64,000 bases of DNA from Tubiluchus corallicola (GCA_030141605.1 JAQGDQ010000154.1:248001-312000), one strand, 5' to 3'; shown: positions 13,582-52,087, counted from the first letter of the stretch. Notes: generated by a model from the letters alone, not told the origin. Program-made: numbers and translations.

Positions 13582-14055
13582 CAGTGGCGACTCGTAGCTA
13601 AAATTACTGGGGGTGTTGCAAAATTAATTTTTTTAGCCATTGTTTTAATACTGTGTAAAAACGAAACAGATATATGTAATCTTAATGTTGTAATTATCTT
13701 TCTAAACAAACAAAATAATTTATACGTAAACTTAATAAACTCTTAAACGAAAGATATTGTTTTCTTACGAATAACCTAAATTGTCATAGTTCAAGAATAT
13801 GCCGATACACGGCTTTTAAACACGTGACAACTGACAGCACATACTGCGTGAGCGACAGTACTCTTTCTACCTAAAGTGCAGCCTCTTATTCTTGGGCTGT
13901 GAAACAAATTGTACTATCCCCACGTGCTCCGATTCCGCACGAGTATAATGAAAGAACTAAAGAAAAAAGACTTATTATATTGAATGTTATCGATAATAAT
14001 GAGTGAAAACAGGGAGAGCTGAAGTACTACAGTTCCTATACACGAGCCGCCACTG
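13582..14055. mobile_element. hAT-type MITE (family H1), copy downstream of the ALP1 stop
   Basis: TIRs CAGTGGCGACTCGT / ACGAGCCGCCACTG; homologous to 38735-39233; absent from the equivalent ALP2 3' region (about 28810). Confidence 0.8.
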
Positions 14056-14233
14056 TGTGAACATCTATGAGTGGCCAAGGTGCCAACTTTAAGTCCTGTC
14101 ATTATTTAATTTAACTTTGAAAAAGTTTCTTTAGTAACGCGGGATAAGCGATCCGTTTGTGAATGTAAACTAGCAAATATATGTAAATAAACAAAAAACA
14201 TTGAAGCCTTTTTTGTTGACGGTGACGGTGATG

Positions 14234-14451
<218 letters not shown>

Positions 14452-14600
14452 GTACTCTTGGGGAACACTTGCTCCCTTGCTCGGTGTAGCTACACCACAT
14501 ACATAATGTAATGCGTACAAGTCAGTTGTGTTAGCTAGTGTCATATTAATGAAGTTATCAATACCTCCACACTCAGTTTGATTTCGTGCATTTCACGAGA

Positions 14601-14660
14601 CACGTGCCATACGTCACGTGCCATAGTCACTATAGAGTCTATAGTTATAAACCAAAGGTC
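14601..14660 (+). promoter_or_regulatory. ALP2 upstream motifs: two CACGTG E-boxes, TATAAA, CAAAGGTC
   Basis: CACGTG at 14601 and 14615; TATAAA 14646-14651; CAAAGGTC 14653-14660. A matching TATAA..CAAAGGTCG occurs about 210 nt before the ALP3 ATG (about 30688-30704). Confidence 0.35.
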
Positions 14661-14850
14661 GATAATTACTATTTTACGTGCTGTGCCAACTTAGGCAAAT
14701 TAGTTTGTAGTTAGGTAGACGTAGAAAGGTGCTTGTGGTAGGCAATGGAACGATACTTTACATGATTGTAATACAAGTATTTACATTACAGCATGTACAG
14801 ACACAGCGTAGAAGTTTAATTAAAACGTTGTGACGAAACTGACACAAACA

Positions 14851-28466
<13,616 letters not shown>

Positions 28467-29763
28467 TGTGTGTGATAGTAGCTATCAAATAAGACGATAC
28501 TAAGAATATCGTATTTAGAGATCTTCTTGGTTTGTGAAGTACTCAAATGTTTTACAGATTATAAAGATCTGATGAATTATAAAAACCATAATCACTCGAC
28601 TTTGAAGGAATTTTAAATGTTAGAAATTTACAGGCACTCGCGAGATTTAAAGTGTATTCTAGATTTCTGTAGTGCAAAGTGTTTCAATGGCACATAAGTA
28701 GAAGAATAGTCTAAAAAATCTACGTAGTTTACGTGCAGAGCACGAAGATTTCTGACATCATAGACAGAAGTTAGAACCATGATGTTATGATTTTTTTCTG
28801 AAAAGCATTTTCCTATGTCTATGAACGGCCAAGATACCAACTTTACGTCCTCTCATTATTGATTTTAACTTTTTTAAAAAATTAAACTTTATAACGGTTG
28901 TTTTTATAACGGGTGATACATGCATAAAAGCAATTGTGGAGCCCAGCCAAGTTGTTCTCTAGTAGCGTTGGATAAGCGAGCCGTATGTACATCAAAATTT
29001 TAAATATTTGTAAATAAACGAAAAGCATTTAAAATTATTTTGTTAGATTGTATATAACTCATTCCAGAATAGTAGAATAGCACCTAAAAGTACGAGTGAG
29101 GCAGCTATAATGTTGTCATAGTAATAACAAAACTGTCATGAGAGTAAAATTATTATGCTTGGTTGTATAGTGGTAGTACGTGTGTGAGCGATGTGTGTAG
29201 CTGTTTATGGACGTTTGAGTAATGGCAAAGCTATAAGACTTGGATTAGGAAATAACACTTTTATTAAGTAACATCACAATATAATAAAATGATAGCAATG
29301 CCAAGCCCCTGATCTATGAGCCGTCCTCTTCATGAGTCCCTAGTCTAATCAATCTGCTGCGGGTGGCTTCACAGCACCCTTGCCAGGCTGCGTGCGCAGT
29401 CTGACAAAATGGGCAATTCCTTATTTGGAAGTCTGACGAATGAGCAGTCACGTGACGCCGCACCTTAATTTCCTTATTTGGGCTCTGGCTTCCTGAATAC
29501 TCTTCGTAGCCTAATTATCTGACATTTAACATATTTTAATAGCTTCTCTTTACTATGAGCTTGACTGAATATGCGCTTGAACAGGCATATACGCTTACGT
29601 GTCTGAAACAATATACATTTCGTTTAGGCGTTACTCTAATTAAAACATCTAGCAGGCTGCTCTTAGACAACACCCACCTTTTGATGACTACAGATTCCTA
29701 AGTTATTGACCTTTTGTTAACAACTTTGCTGACAAATTTTTAATTGATTTAATTTCATTTTAT

Positions 29764-29889
29764 CAGTGATCACTACATAGAAGCGTACATAGTGATCACT
29801 ACATAGAAGCGTACACAGTGATCACTACATAGAAGCGTACACAGTGATCACTACATAGAAGCGTACACAGTGATCACTACATAGAAGCC
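29764..29889. repeat. Minisatellite, 26-bp unit x about 5
   Basis: AGTGATCACTACATAGAAGCGTACAC; each unit contains the palindrome AGTGATCACT. Confidence 0.95.
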
Positions 29890-30240
29890 ACCATGATACA
29901 AACTGAAAAGCTCAGGGAGACTAAGCATATCGAGATTAATTTGTTACTACAGGTGGTGCAGAGTAAACTCGTAACGTATTAGTGTACGAAGAACAGACAC
30001 TTCTTATGTAGTCAACGTACTTAACAGCCAAGAACAATCTAAATTCGCTCGAAAAAGTTAATAAAAACGAACTATACTATAGAAAAACGGTTAACTTGTT
30101 TTCAAGCTGAGAATAAGATAGAAACCAAATGTGGTTTAATTTTTTTCAAACTTGAGCGCAGAGTTGCGACAGTAAAGAAGTTCACAAAAGATTAATGCCA
30201 AAATCAACGAAAACAGGCGTTTTGAGTCATTACTGTCTTC

Positions 30241-30451
30241 TAATGGTTTAATATTGTATCTTCATTGTGTTTTGTAATGGTTTAATATTGTATCTTCATT
30301 GTGTTTTGTAATGGTTTAATATTGTATCTTCATTGTGTTTTGTAATGGTTTAATATTGTATCTTCATTGTGTTTTGTAATGGTTTAATATTGTACTTTCA
30401 TTGTGTTTTGTAATGGTTTAATATTGTATCTTCGTTGTGTTTTGTAATGGT
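30241..30451. repeat. Minisatellite, 34-bp unit x about 6
   Basis: TAATGGTTTAATATTGTATCTTCATTGTGTTTTG near-perfect copies, ending about 450 nt upstream of the ALP3 ATG. Confidence 0.95.
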
Positions 30452-30907
30452 CTAATAATAATACATACTATACACAAGAAACTTGCGTAATTAGAAAGTT
30501 AATTATCAAGCCTTTGTCCTCATTAGTTTAGCCTAAAGTAAATCAATTGAAAATCTTCGTACATTTTTTTGGTTCGATCCTTCGACGTGATTTATATTAG
30601 TAAACGTGGAAAAGTGCCAAAGTCTGGGCATTTCCTATCTACTAATTGTATTTGTCATTTAGCCCGGGTTTGATAATTTATCGATACTATATAATCAAAG
30701 GTCGTGCAGGTATGGATAGAGTACCGTATGTAAATAAATTGGCCGTGTATATAAATAATTCTTAAGCAGAGGACATGGTATAGAAGGGTTTAAATATAGA
30801 AAGGTTTTGTCCGTTTTTGGAGAGACTGAAAAATAAAGTAGCTCGTTAATATTATTAATTGAAGTACTTCCTGAAACTGTGTGCTAGATCGATACTAGAC
30901 TTAAATA

Positions 30908-42524
<11,617 letters not shown>

Positions 42525-42789
42525 CATTGTTAATACATTAGTGGACGTTGTTAATTAAATTCTCTGGTATAGGTTACACGGTTACGTTATTTTCAAGATA
42601 AGGCAATTGTACTCATTAATTAATTAATTAATTGAATATTTAAAATGCATTAACATTAAAAATGGACAGGTGCATTGTACACACTTAAACTATTAACACA
42701 TAAATAGTACTTAGACAGTAGCCTGTTATAAATAAAACTAAAATCGTAATACATGTATATAAAAATCAGCCGTAATTAAATCCATAAGT

Positions 42790-43148
42790 CCATTAAATTT
42801 CTTATTAATTAAAAAGGCTTTTTGATTTGAACTTCTGAACATTATTGATTTTACGTGCATAAATTGGTAAATCATTCCATAATTCTGGTGCCGCTACGCT
42901 AAAACTAAGAGAACCATATGTGACAAGATTATAACGCCGTACAAGTGTCGATGAATTAATTGATCTAAGATTGCGATTGGCTTCAAAAAATCAGATATAT
43001 AGGAGGGCGGTAAATCATTCAGAGCGTTGAGTGTTAACAAGAGAATTTTGTATTTTATTCTGAAAGAAACGGGCAACCAGTGCAATTGCGTGAAAGCAGA
43101 AATTATGTGATCATATTTACGAGTGTCTGTAATAATTCGGGCTGCTGT
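42790..43148 (-). mobile_element. L2/CR1-clade LINE reverse transcriptase C-terminal fragment
   Basis: AARIITDTRKYDHIISAFTQLHWLPVSFRIKYKILLLT, then after a frameshift YGSLSFSVAAPELWNDLP; typical end of ORF2 in L2/CR1-group LINEs. Confidence 0.8.
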
Positions 43149-43339
43149 ATATTTTCTTCATGTTACCTCTCAAGTTACCAGTTGTGGCATTATATCAAGT
43201 GTTATTATGTAATTTTGAAATACTAAAAAAGTACTGAAATGGAAGATATTTTGAAAAATCATTGTTGATATTGATAACTAACATCGAGCTGTTAAGATAA
43301 TATGTTTATTTCTTTAGTCATAGCAGTATCATGTAACTA

Positions 43340-43890
43340 AACAACAATAATGAAACAAATCATTGCCGTCTTCAGACTTGCGAGTTTTCTCTCTCGCAAG
43401 TGTGAACTGCTTTGCGACTTACTGTCAGTTACTGCCAAGTGTGAACTGCTTTGCGACTTACTGTCAGCGAGAAATTGCAAAATCTCGGATAGTTGCTGCA
43501 ATTTGAATTCCTGCGAGTTACTCTCGACACTTCTCGCAGTGAATAGAGACAGGAGTGTCAACTTGCGCTTACTGTCGGAGAGTAACTCGCAGCACGTTTT
43601 GCTCTCTAGTCTGAAAATGTTTGCGAGTTACCTGACTAGAAAATTCGGTAGCCTAGCCGTTAATGCGTTACAACTGGTAACTGAATTATTGATTTTTTTA
43701 GTGGAGTTTTATACAGTTTTTAGTTTATGAGACACTATCAATTTATGTCAGGGATCTGTTTGAAATATTTCGATCCTGGTATTTTTAGAAATGACGACAA
43801 CTTATGTTTGTTGCATAGATTTGAGCCGCTTAATAACAAAACATGGACTTCAGTTGTTATCAAACGCTTCAAATATTGAAAGCAGTTTAC
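43340..43890 (-). repeat. Dispersed repeat family A, inverted copy
   Basis: Reverse complement matches parts of 1300-2230 (e.g. GAAATATTTCGATCCTGGTATTTTTAGAAA, CTGTCGGAGAGTAACTCG). Confidence 0.75.
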
Positions 43891-44289
43891 TGTAAGTACA
43901 GCTCTGTCAGGGAAATTGTTCTGGAGATCGCTGACGTCAAGTAGAATTGCATAGAACATCGTAGAATGTTCCGTCGGAATGACCGCCTTAGCGTCTGCAT
44001 TGTTCTCGAACATTTGTTCGAGAAGCTTCAGCAGTGGGCTATATAAGGCGAAGCAGGCTGCCGACACGGGATCGCACATGGCACACAGAGCACGCAGATC
44101 TTACACGGACTTATACTACGCATTTATACTTAAACGCTTCCCAGATTTTCACGTTTAGTATAATCATTTCTCGTTCCTTCATACTTGTGTTGTAAGAATT
44201 CACGCTCAATAAAGTAATAATATTTTCTGGTTTTCTCTACGAGCCTTCCGAGAGAAACATAACACAACAGAAATAATACCTGGATTACG

Positions 44290-44700
44290 CAAACAGGTTA
44301 ACTTTAAAATCTCTGATGACAAACCGACAAGGTGCTTTATATAATCCGCAAGACACTTTCTTGATGGACATCAATACGGGGATGTTATGCCACTAAATCC
44401 GATTTCAAATAGCAAAATAATCATAATCTGTCATATTAGCAAATATGATAGTTATTCGTGGGCTGAGAAAGAGGGGCGAATAACACGTACGCATCACTGC
44501 TTAATATCACATCTTGTAACATTTGATGTGTTTATATTTCCAAGTGAATTCTAATACTCCATGGATAAATACCTTCCTCTAGGCAACAGTCACGGATAAT
44601 CCAAACCGCTTGAGTGATAGGATAATACAAACACAAATACACTCCTCATCCGTGAATAATAATATTGACTCTTGTTTAAGCAAATCGTTCTTCTTTGCTA
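44290..44700 (-). mobile_element. Highly degenerate LINE RT core fragment
   Basis: Minus-strand IDVHQESVLR resembles a decayed GVPQGSVLG motif; multiple stops. Confidence 0.3.
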
Positions 44701-45890
44701 GATTGTGCAAGGCTCTGACATTTTGCGCACTTCTTTACCTTTTTTCACTTTTGTAAAATATCTAACAGCAGGGAATCCGTCAACGCATCCCGCAACACAG
44801 CTAGAAGATTTTTACACCAGCCCACTGTTATGTAGATTGGTAGTTGCAACACTTCATTTTTCATTGTGTTTTCGTTTAACAATAAGTTTTAAGTTATATC
44901 TTGAATAATGTAAAAATCCATGCTTCTCTTTGTCAAGAACCAAAGTGATAGTTAGTTAGTTAGTTAGTCAGTCAGTCAGTCAGTCAGTCAGTCAGTCAGT
45001 CAGTCAGTTAGCTAGTTAGTTTATTAACCATAATAATAGTTACATATACATAACATACACAAATGGGGTAACCGATATTTACGGTCCATATTAAATAAAT
45101 GCATTATTACACGGCTATCATTAAGCACCAGAAGATGAAGAAAATATTAAAGTAAAACACTAAATTATGTACCTGTTACTTACCAAACGTATTTAAAAGT
45201 TCAAAGCATAAGTTAAACGTATAAACCTATTTTGATATGAAAAGAGTTCGTTTAAATTATTCTAATCTACATTAGGATATTGCCGCCTAATAATTATGTT
45301 CTGTTACTGTACAAACAGCTATCACATCATCCTCTGTTTGAATTTACCCACGTTGTCTGAACTTGTCTCAACCTATTCTTACGCTGCTTATCATATCATC
45401 TTCCGAGGAAAAGCTATTGTTACTCGACCTGATCAGGTACATAGTTCGGGTAACCCGTCACTAAATCGGTTTACCTGGTCTATAAAAGAATATAAAACAT
45501 GTACACGTAAGCATGTCCACTGCAGGCTTTGTGCCTGTAAAAGAAAGTAATCAAGCTATGTGTGAAGATTATCTAATCACTTAAATGTAATTTGCTTATG
45601 TACCTTTCCTCATATGAAACAGTGCATAATGTGTCTGCTACGTTCCTTTTTCATGTGCAGTTTTTCTTAAATTACATGCTGCTTAATTGGCTTTGATGAA
45701 TGCAACAATTGTGTAATACGCCAGCATTCATTTCTACTGATGCGTATCTTACAGAATGTCTATTTCTCCTAAAAGAATTTTAATTGTACTTACAGTTGAT
45801 ATCAACTACATTATTGCCAACTACAAACTACAGAAAACCCATCTTAGATGTTCTATTCAATCTATTGTGCTGTCATAAAATACTAAACTC

Positions 45891-46065
45891 GTTACCAAGG
45901 ATACATCCGTTAGTTCTATGTTACCTAGGATTCGAATTTCTTGGATAACGCAAAACAAAATGAGACCATAAGGTGCCACACACTCTCTGGAGCAAGCTAA
46001 AAAGTCCTAGAATAACTTTCTAATGCACTACAAACTGGAATTATCACTGTTCAATTGTGACGTCA
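45891..46065 (+). promoter_or_regulatory. Putative promoter of the protamine-like gene: two RFX X-box-like motifs and a perfect CRE
   Basis: GTTACCAAGGATAC (45891-45904), GTTACCTAGGATTC (45920-45933) and TGACGTCA (46058-46065), the last 50 nt before the ATG. Confidence 0.5.
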
Positions 46066-46115
46066 TCAAATTCAAGTGTCATTCTTAAAGGAAGGGTACA
46101 AGCTGGTCTAGTGAA

Positions 46116-46504
46116 ATGGATCGTAAGTAACATTACCTGTCAGCTTTACTATTTTGTCTAACATGTATAATCTACCTTGTCTATTTGCTAACCGTATTCT
46201 TGTCACTTGTACACCTACAAAACTATAAGTTATTGTTTCACAAACTACTTTGCGAAAGAGTTTTTGCTTTGTAGGACAAAGATCTCCCAGTAGATCCAGG
46301 AGGAGCCGTTCTAGGGGAGGACGGAGGTCGGCACCAAGGCGCCTCCACAGTCAAAGTCGCAGATCAAGAGGTGGAAGATCCCAGAGTGGTGGAAGAAGCA
46401 AGAGTAGAACACGCAAGGCCAATCCAGGTCTGGAGAAATCCTCAGTTTGGGGGGAAGGTAGAGACGAGCTATACAACTCCTTACTGTATTGCACCTTACT
46501 GTAG
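46116..46504 (+). CDS. Small Arg/Ser-rich protamine-like basic protein (78 aa) ending in CaaX motif CTLL
   Basis: Exon 1 coding ATGGATC (46116-46122), then GTAAGT intron to TTTTGCTTTGTAG, then exon 2 46275-46504. Product MDRQRSPSRSRRSRSRGGRRSAPRRLHSQSRRSRGGRSQSGGRSKSRTRKANPGLEKSSVWGEGRDELYNSLLYCTLL; 18 Arg and 13 Ser in the first 50 aa. AATAAA at 46905-46910. Confidence 0.7.
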
Positions 46505-47853
46505 AAAAGTGCGAAGGAGCCTAAAAGAGCCTAGATGCCTAAACAAGTCTTACCACTTTGTCAAAAGCTTCCATTTGCAAAATTGGACATAGTCGGAAAT
46601 TTATTGTTTTTCCCCAATATATATCTTGCAACAAAAAATCACAAAAAATAGTTTGTTTCAACCACGAAATTATGTGTAGTCCAGTGCTGAGAAAATTACA
46701 CAAACGTTCATTGAAGACAAGAGAAGCACTTCTTCTATACACCACAGACATTGTGCTTATGGACATTTAAATTAGTTGAAGATGCGGCTTTTGTTTAAAA
46801 ATAGAAACCACGTGCTACACTTAGATTCATGCGTGTACAAGCATCTGATCTGTTTATTCTTGTCAATATGGAATAATATGTGCAAATTAGTGTCATTGAA
46901 AGCCAATAAAACCTCTTCTCTTCCAACACTTCTGCGTGCAAGAAATTCCCGGTCAGCAGATGGACAACGGCCTTGATTTTAAATTTTGTTTCGAATCTAA
47001 TCGTACAGCCACACTGTTAAAAAAAACCGCAGAAGCCACTAGAAGATAATAGTATTTCAGGATATTTTCACATAATTTAGGCTGTGTTTCATTTTCGTTA
47101 AATTACGTCCAGTCATCAGCGCTCAGAGTCAATGAAGCCGTGGAGTAAAAGTCGATGCATGCATGGAATCATCATTGGTTGTCCTGCCAGTAAAGGGGTA
47201 ACATGCATCTCTTTGCAAAAGTACAATAACTTGTACAAACGTTTTTTATCTCTTCTCTTTAGGAACATGTTCAGGAACTTTCTTCTCTTTATAGAGGAAC
47301 AAAAAAATCGATAGAATAATGTCATTGTAACAGTGTGGGGTCTGTCCGCCATCTTGAATTCTAAAATCGCCACCGTGTAAAATTATCCAGGCTCATAGTT
47401 CAACTGCTGCAGAATATTATACTAAAGTCTAAAATCAACATTTTGGGTTCTGAATTTTAGCTTTTGTATTCCATTTGAAAGAGATAGTATTTAAGGATAT
47501 TTTCACATAATTTATGTTGTGTTTCATTTTGGTTAAATTACCCTCACCCAGCAGGTGATCTAGAGAGCAACGAGAAGGTAAGCCGAAGCAAAATGTCGGA
47601 CATTCACTACCGTGGACATTGTAACCGGCCAGTTAAGTACGAAACAAAGGGAGCCCGGTATAGACCGAACCAAAGGCAAATGAAAAATGAGTCACAGTTC
47701 ATGCACCTTTAAGTCTTTTAAGGAGATTTGCTGTCGTATGTCAATGACAGTTATTGCCATTATAAAAGTAGAGGTTTTATTAAGTTGTAGTTTATTGCCG
47801 TTTTTTATGCAATTCAGCAAATTGCCGGAATCACCAACATACAGCTACAGATG

Positions 47854-48248
47854 CTATTCAATGGGGTTATTAGTGGTGAGACAAGAAACCAGCTCATTAA
47901 GGCTGTCCTTCTTAGATAACAGCAAACTGCAAAGATAATTTAACCATGGTCGGATGTAAATACACCCCCTGTGTATGATGTAAACAGACAGAACCAGTAC
48001 GGCGAACAAAGCCGCCCAGAGCAAGTGAGGAACCCATTCATTCACAGATCAGCCTGTGTGGCTATTCTTAACTTCATTTGCCAAAGCATACGCCTTGACT
48101 ACTCGGCTATTCCTCTCATTTACTTCCCTGTAGCGTTGTGTTGCTGTTGTTTCTGCTGCTACCGTTGTTGTTGCTGCTATTGCTGCTGTTGTTTTCACTG
48201 CTGCGGTTGCTGCTCCATTTGCTCTTGTTGCTGGTTCTGATGAATAGC
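47854..48248 (-). pseudogene. Possible exon of a mucin-stalk/transmembrane protein interrupted by one in-frame TGA
   Basis: After CTGCAG| a phase-1 frame reads YSSEPATRANGAATAAVKTTAAIAATTTVAAETTATQRYREVNERNSRVVKAYALANEVKNSHTG*SVNEWVPHLLWAALFAVLVLSVYIIHRGCIYIRPWLNYLCSLLLSKKDSLNELVSCLTTNNPIE*; TGA at 48049-48051. Confidence 0.35.
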
Positions 48249-48772
48249 CTGCAGATGTTTATTACGAATCGTCGCTTAAGTCTACCATGGCAATTCTAGG
48301 AGTTATAAAATGTTAGTTTCAATTTTTCGAAATCTTCACTGTCCCAGAACGAGGACGGTGAATTCTTGGGGTGTTTTAGTGATTGTTATAAATAAGTTTT
48401 CACTAAACACAAAAGGTTAAACAATTATTATATAATTATGATGTGGCTTATATGGACTGACAGCGTACAAGCAAGTCAGTAGTAATTCAATGAAAAATGT
48501 CAGTTATTTTTGCTTTGACTTCAAGGCGAAAACAATTTAAAATTGTTGTTTTTAGGTTTTCGGGTCTCCGTGTACACGTAAAGGAAAAGTTTTACATATT
48601 TATGTAGATTAGTCTTCATTCACAGCCTCCTATAATAGCTCACTGATTGATGCTAGGAGCTGTTCGTTATATATTTAGATGGGTACAAATCACATTTGCA
48701 TCAGAATCTCTTGCTAACGCTAGATCTTTATCGAATTACTAAGAGGCAAGAAAACTCTTTGCCTTTCGAAAG

Positions 48773-48871
48773 TCAGTCACTTAGTCAGTCAGTCAGTCAG
48801 TCAGTCAGTCAGTCAGTCAGTCAGTCAGTTGGTCAGTCAGTCAGTCAGTCAGTCAGTCAGTCAGTCAATCA
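48773..48871. repeat. (CAGT)n microsatellite
   Basis: Direct reading; similar runs at about 44950-45020 and 57205-57234. Confidence 0.95.
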
Positions 48872-51690
48872 ATGAGACTGTCAATTAGTCAGTTATTCAG
48901 ACAGACAATTATTCAGCAGTAGAGTTAGTCAATTAGTCAGCAAGACGGCCAAGCAATCAGCTAAGAGCAGTCAGTCTTTTGAACGATCAGATAGTCAACG
49001 ATGGTGCCAGTTTCCTAGCAAAAAACTAATATATTATTTTTATACATTATTTACATTTTTACATTTTACATTATAATATTTAAACAAACTATCTTCATAA
49101 CAAATATTATTTTCATCTTTGTCCTGTTTATGCTAACAATTTGCAACTCTAAGTCTCTTGCGTTGACAGATGCGTTATTAGATTTGTGCTCTTAATAACG
49201 TGATCCTCACAATTTTGATCACCTCTGCGTATATATAATTTGGCTCGTTATCACGTATTATGATGGGCAAATCTCGTTTGTAATCACGCCTCTGGCTAAA
49301 ACTGCATCAAGTGATTTTCATCAACCTTCTACCAGCTTCAGCTTCCAGTCATCAGCGTTCAGAGTCAATGAAGCCGTGGAACAAAGGTCGATGCATGCAT
49401 GGAATCATCATTGGTTGTCCTGCCAGTAAAGGGGTAACATGCATCTCTTTGCAAAAGTACAATAACTTGTACAAACGCTTTTTTATCGTAGGAGTCATGT
49501 TCAGGAACTTTCTTCTCTTTATAGAGGAACAAAAAATCGATAGAATAATGTCATTGAAACAGCATGGGGTCTGACCGCCATCTTGAATTCTAAAATGGCC
49601 ACCGTGTAAAAATTATCTAGGCTCATAGTTCAACTGCTGCAGAATATTATACTAAGGTCTAAAATCAACATTTTGGGTTCTGAATTTTAGTTTTTTTGTA
49701 TTCCATTTGAAAGACATTTCGAATAATTAGGTGAGTTTCAAAGATGCTTTATAAACTTTATATGCATGTTTTAAAATCTAACCGTTACTTTCATATTACT
49801 CAAGTAAATTCAGCAATTTTACAAAAGTCTGTGTATAATAATTTCAATCATCAATTAGCGAAAATTTAACCAAAAATCCTGCAAAAGCAAGGAGAAGTTT
49901 TTCATGTTAATTAATGGTTAACCATTTTTATGATGTACATGTACGCATGCGCAATTAACCAACATATCAGCCTGAATAGCTGATAGCAATATGATTTTAG
50001 TTTTGTGATTTAAACTTAAGCGTCAAAAAAGTTAAAACATCGTTTTGAAAGTTTGTATCGCATACATGCCTTGTTACGCACAGAGCATGTATCTATAGTA
50101 ACATCATAAAAAACATGAAACTTTAAACTCACTTGATGATCGTTAAGTGCAGCCATTTTAACGGTAAGTCGTTTGAAACCAGTTTAGATTGCCCAAAGTT
50201 TGAAAAAATATTCAGGCCATTAACAACACACTCTAAACAGTACTATACATTACTGTATCTGTCAATAAGATTAAAAATGGATTTTTGATGAGTTAGTGGT
50301 GTACACGGAGGAAGTGAATTGGTACCACTTTACCAATTGACGTGAACACTTTAAATTACGACGAATTGTCTTTTTTAGTTACTTATGTCGTTCAAGTAGG
50401 TAAGCGTACTACTAAGTAACTTTGTGTGAAAGCTTTTTGGGACATACTTTAGGATTGCATTTTCTTTCCCTTTAAAGTTCACGACAGCTTAATTAAAGAA
50501 GTTTGACTCAAGTCCGCTTAGTTTAATGAAAGGAAATTACTAATATAGCTATTATAAATATAATTAGCTACTATTTACATCAAACTTTTATTTTACACCA
50601 AACTACTATTCTACACCAAACTATTATTCTACACCACACTATCATTCCACTCTACTCTACTATTCTACCGTAATTCCTGTTGGTGCCAGTGTAAACTATA
50701 GATGTCTGACAGGTATTCTCAACACAAAATAGGCCCCCTTTCAAAGAAAACTTTAAGACAAAGAGAGTAATGACTGTGGGAGGAGAGACTAAAGAGTGTC
50801 CCGTTTTTGTTCCTCCCTTTAGCACGTAATTGCAGGATAATTATTATCAATAACACAATCTTATTTTACAGAATAATAGGAGTAATTACTCCATTCTTAT
50901 TTATTACGAGATAAGTTAACTTAATTTGCATTGTAGATGATTGCATTGTATCTGCATTGTGACTAGAAACATCATTCCTGCAAAACGCACAATAAAGACA
51001 AATGAACCCAAGATCTAAGTAACAAATAATTACAATCATTTATTTTACAAAAAACATTTTTTTTATAAATAATTAACAGGAAATGTTGCACGATTACGTC
51101 ATTATGTATTTCATAAATAAGAAAACAAAATCACGAATACGGTTGAGGCGCAGAGCAGCATGGGATACTAAAAATAGTGATTGTCTTTTTAAGGCTTAGA
51201 ATTCCAAATTTTGCAAATTTGTTAAAAATTTTAAAAAATTATGGCAAAAGCGTTACTATAATAAACACGTTTATGAAACGCAATTTTTCGTATGTTACTT
51301 GAATAATTCTATTTAGTTGAATCTGTGATAGTTTTTGGATTTTGAACTATGATAGACCTATGGCAAAATTAACACGGTTGCTGTACAATCAAAACGAAGA
51401 ATAATAGTAGTGATAAAGAATAATAAACGGTTGATTTCCAATGAGATTCTGCTATATGCAGAATCTTAAATATAACCTAAAGAGTAAGTAACCGAAAAAG
51501 GCAGGTGTTGTAATCATTGTGAGCTAACCAGGATTCGTCATTACGCTTTCAGAGTATTTGCTAAATGTGATTGTACAATGTACATAGATTATTACGTCCA
51601 TTAATTCTAATTTATCACAGTTCAATATCTAAAAATCTACGATAAGTTCAGGCTAGGAAACTTGATGACATTGATTAGAGTAAGAATATG

Positions 51691-52087
51691 CAGGGGCGTA
51701 TTAATCAATAGGCTAACTAGGCTATAGCCTAGGGTGCAAAATTTGAGGGCGTCACATTTTAGAAAAAATTCTTATTCTCCTCTAAAAATACTTTCATGTA
51801 TACTTTCATATTCACGTAAAGGGCGAATTTTATAACACACCACAGTCAGTTACTAAAAGCCGCTTTTATATAAGTGCCACATAATGAACAGGTGCAAGGC
51901 ATTGCACAACAAGTAGCTGTGCAGCTTGCTTGAATATAAGCGTTATGCAAATACATGCAATTAATAATGACCTCTTATAGTGTTTTAATACACCACAAGT
52001 AATTGTTTAACCTACTCGTCACATAAACAACCATAAATTCACAATAGAGATCAGTCTAGGGCGTCGTAAAGTCTTGATACGCCCCTG
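51691..52087. mobile_element. hAT-type MITE (family H2)
   Basis: 11-bp perfect TIR CAGGGGCGTAT / ATACGCCCCTG and perfect 8-bp TSD AGAATATG (51683-51690, 52088-52095). Confidence 0.9.

Larger units (their letters stand above)
47108..49714. repeat. Pair of about 375-bp direct repeats (47108-47482 and 49344-49714)
   Basis: Near-identical from TCCAGTCATCAGCG to CCATTTGAAAGA. The first copy is itself bracketed by a 57-bp direct repeat (about 47050-47106 and 47486-47542). Confidence 0.85.

Noticed and set aside
43891-44270. Solo LTR candidates (also about 5812-6240)
   Set aside because: TG...CA ends with TATA and AATAAA are present, but no target-site duplication or second copy could be verified.
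48049-48051. In-frame TGA as selenocysteine
   Set aside because: No redox motif context and no SECIS-like hairpin recognised; a nonsense mutation or chance is more likely.
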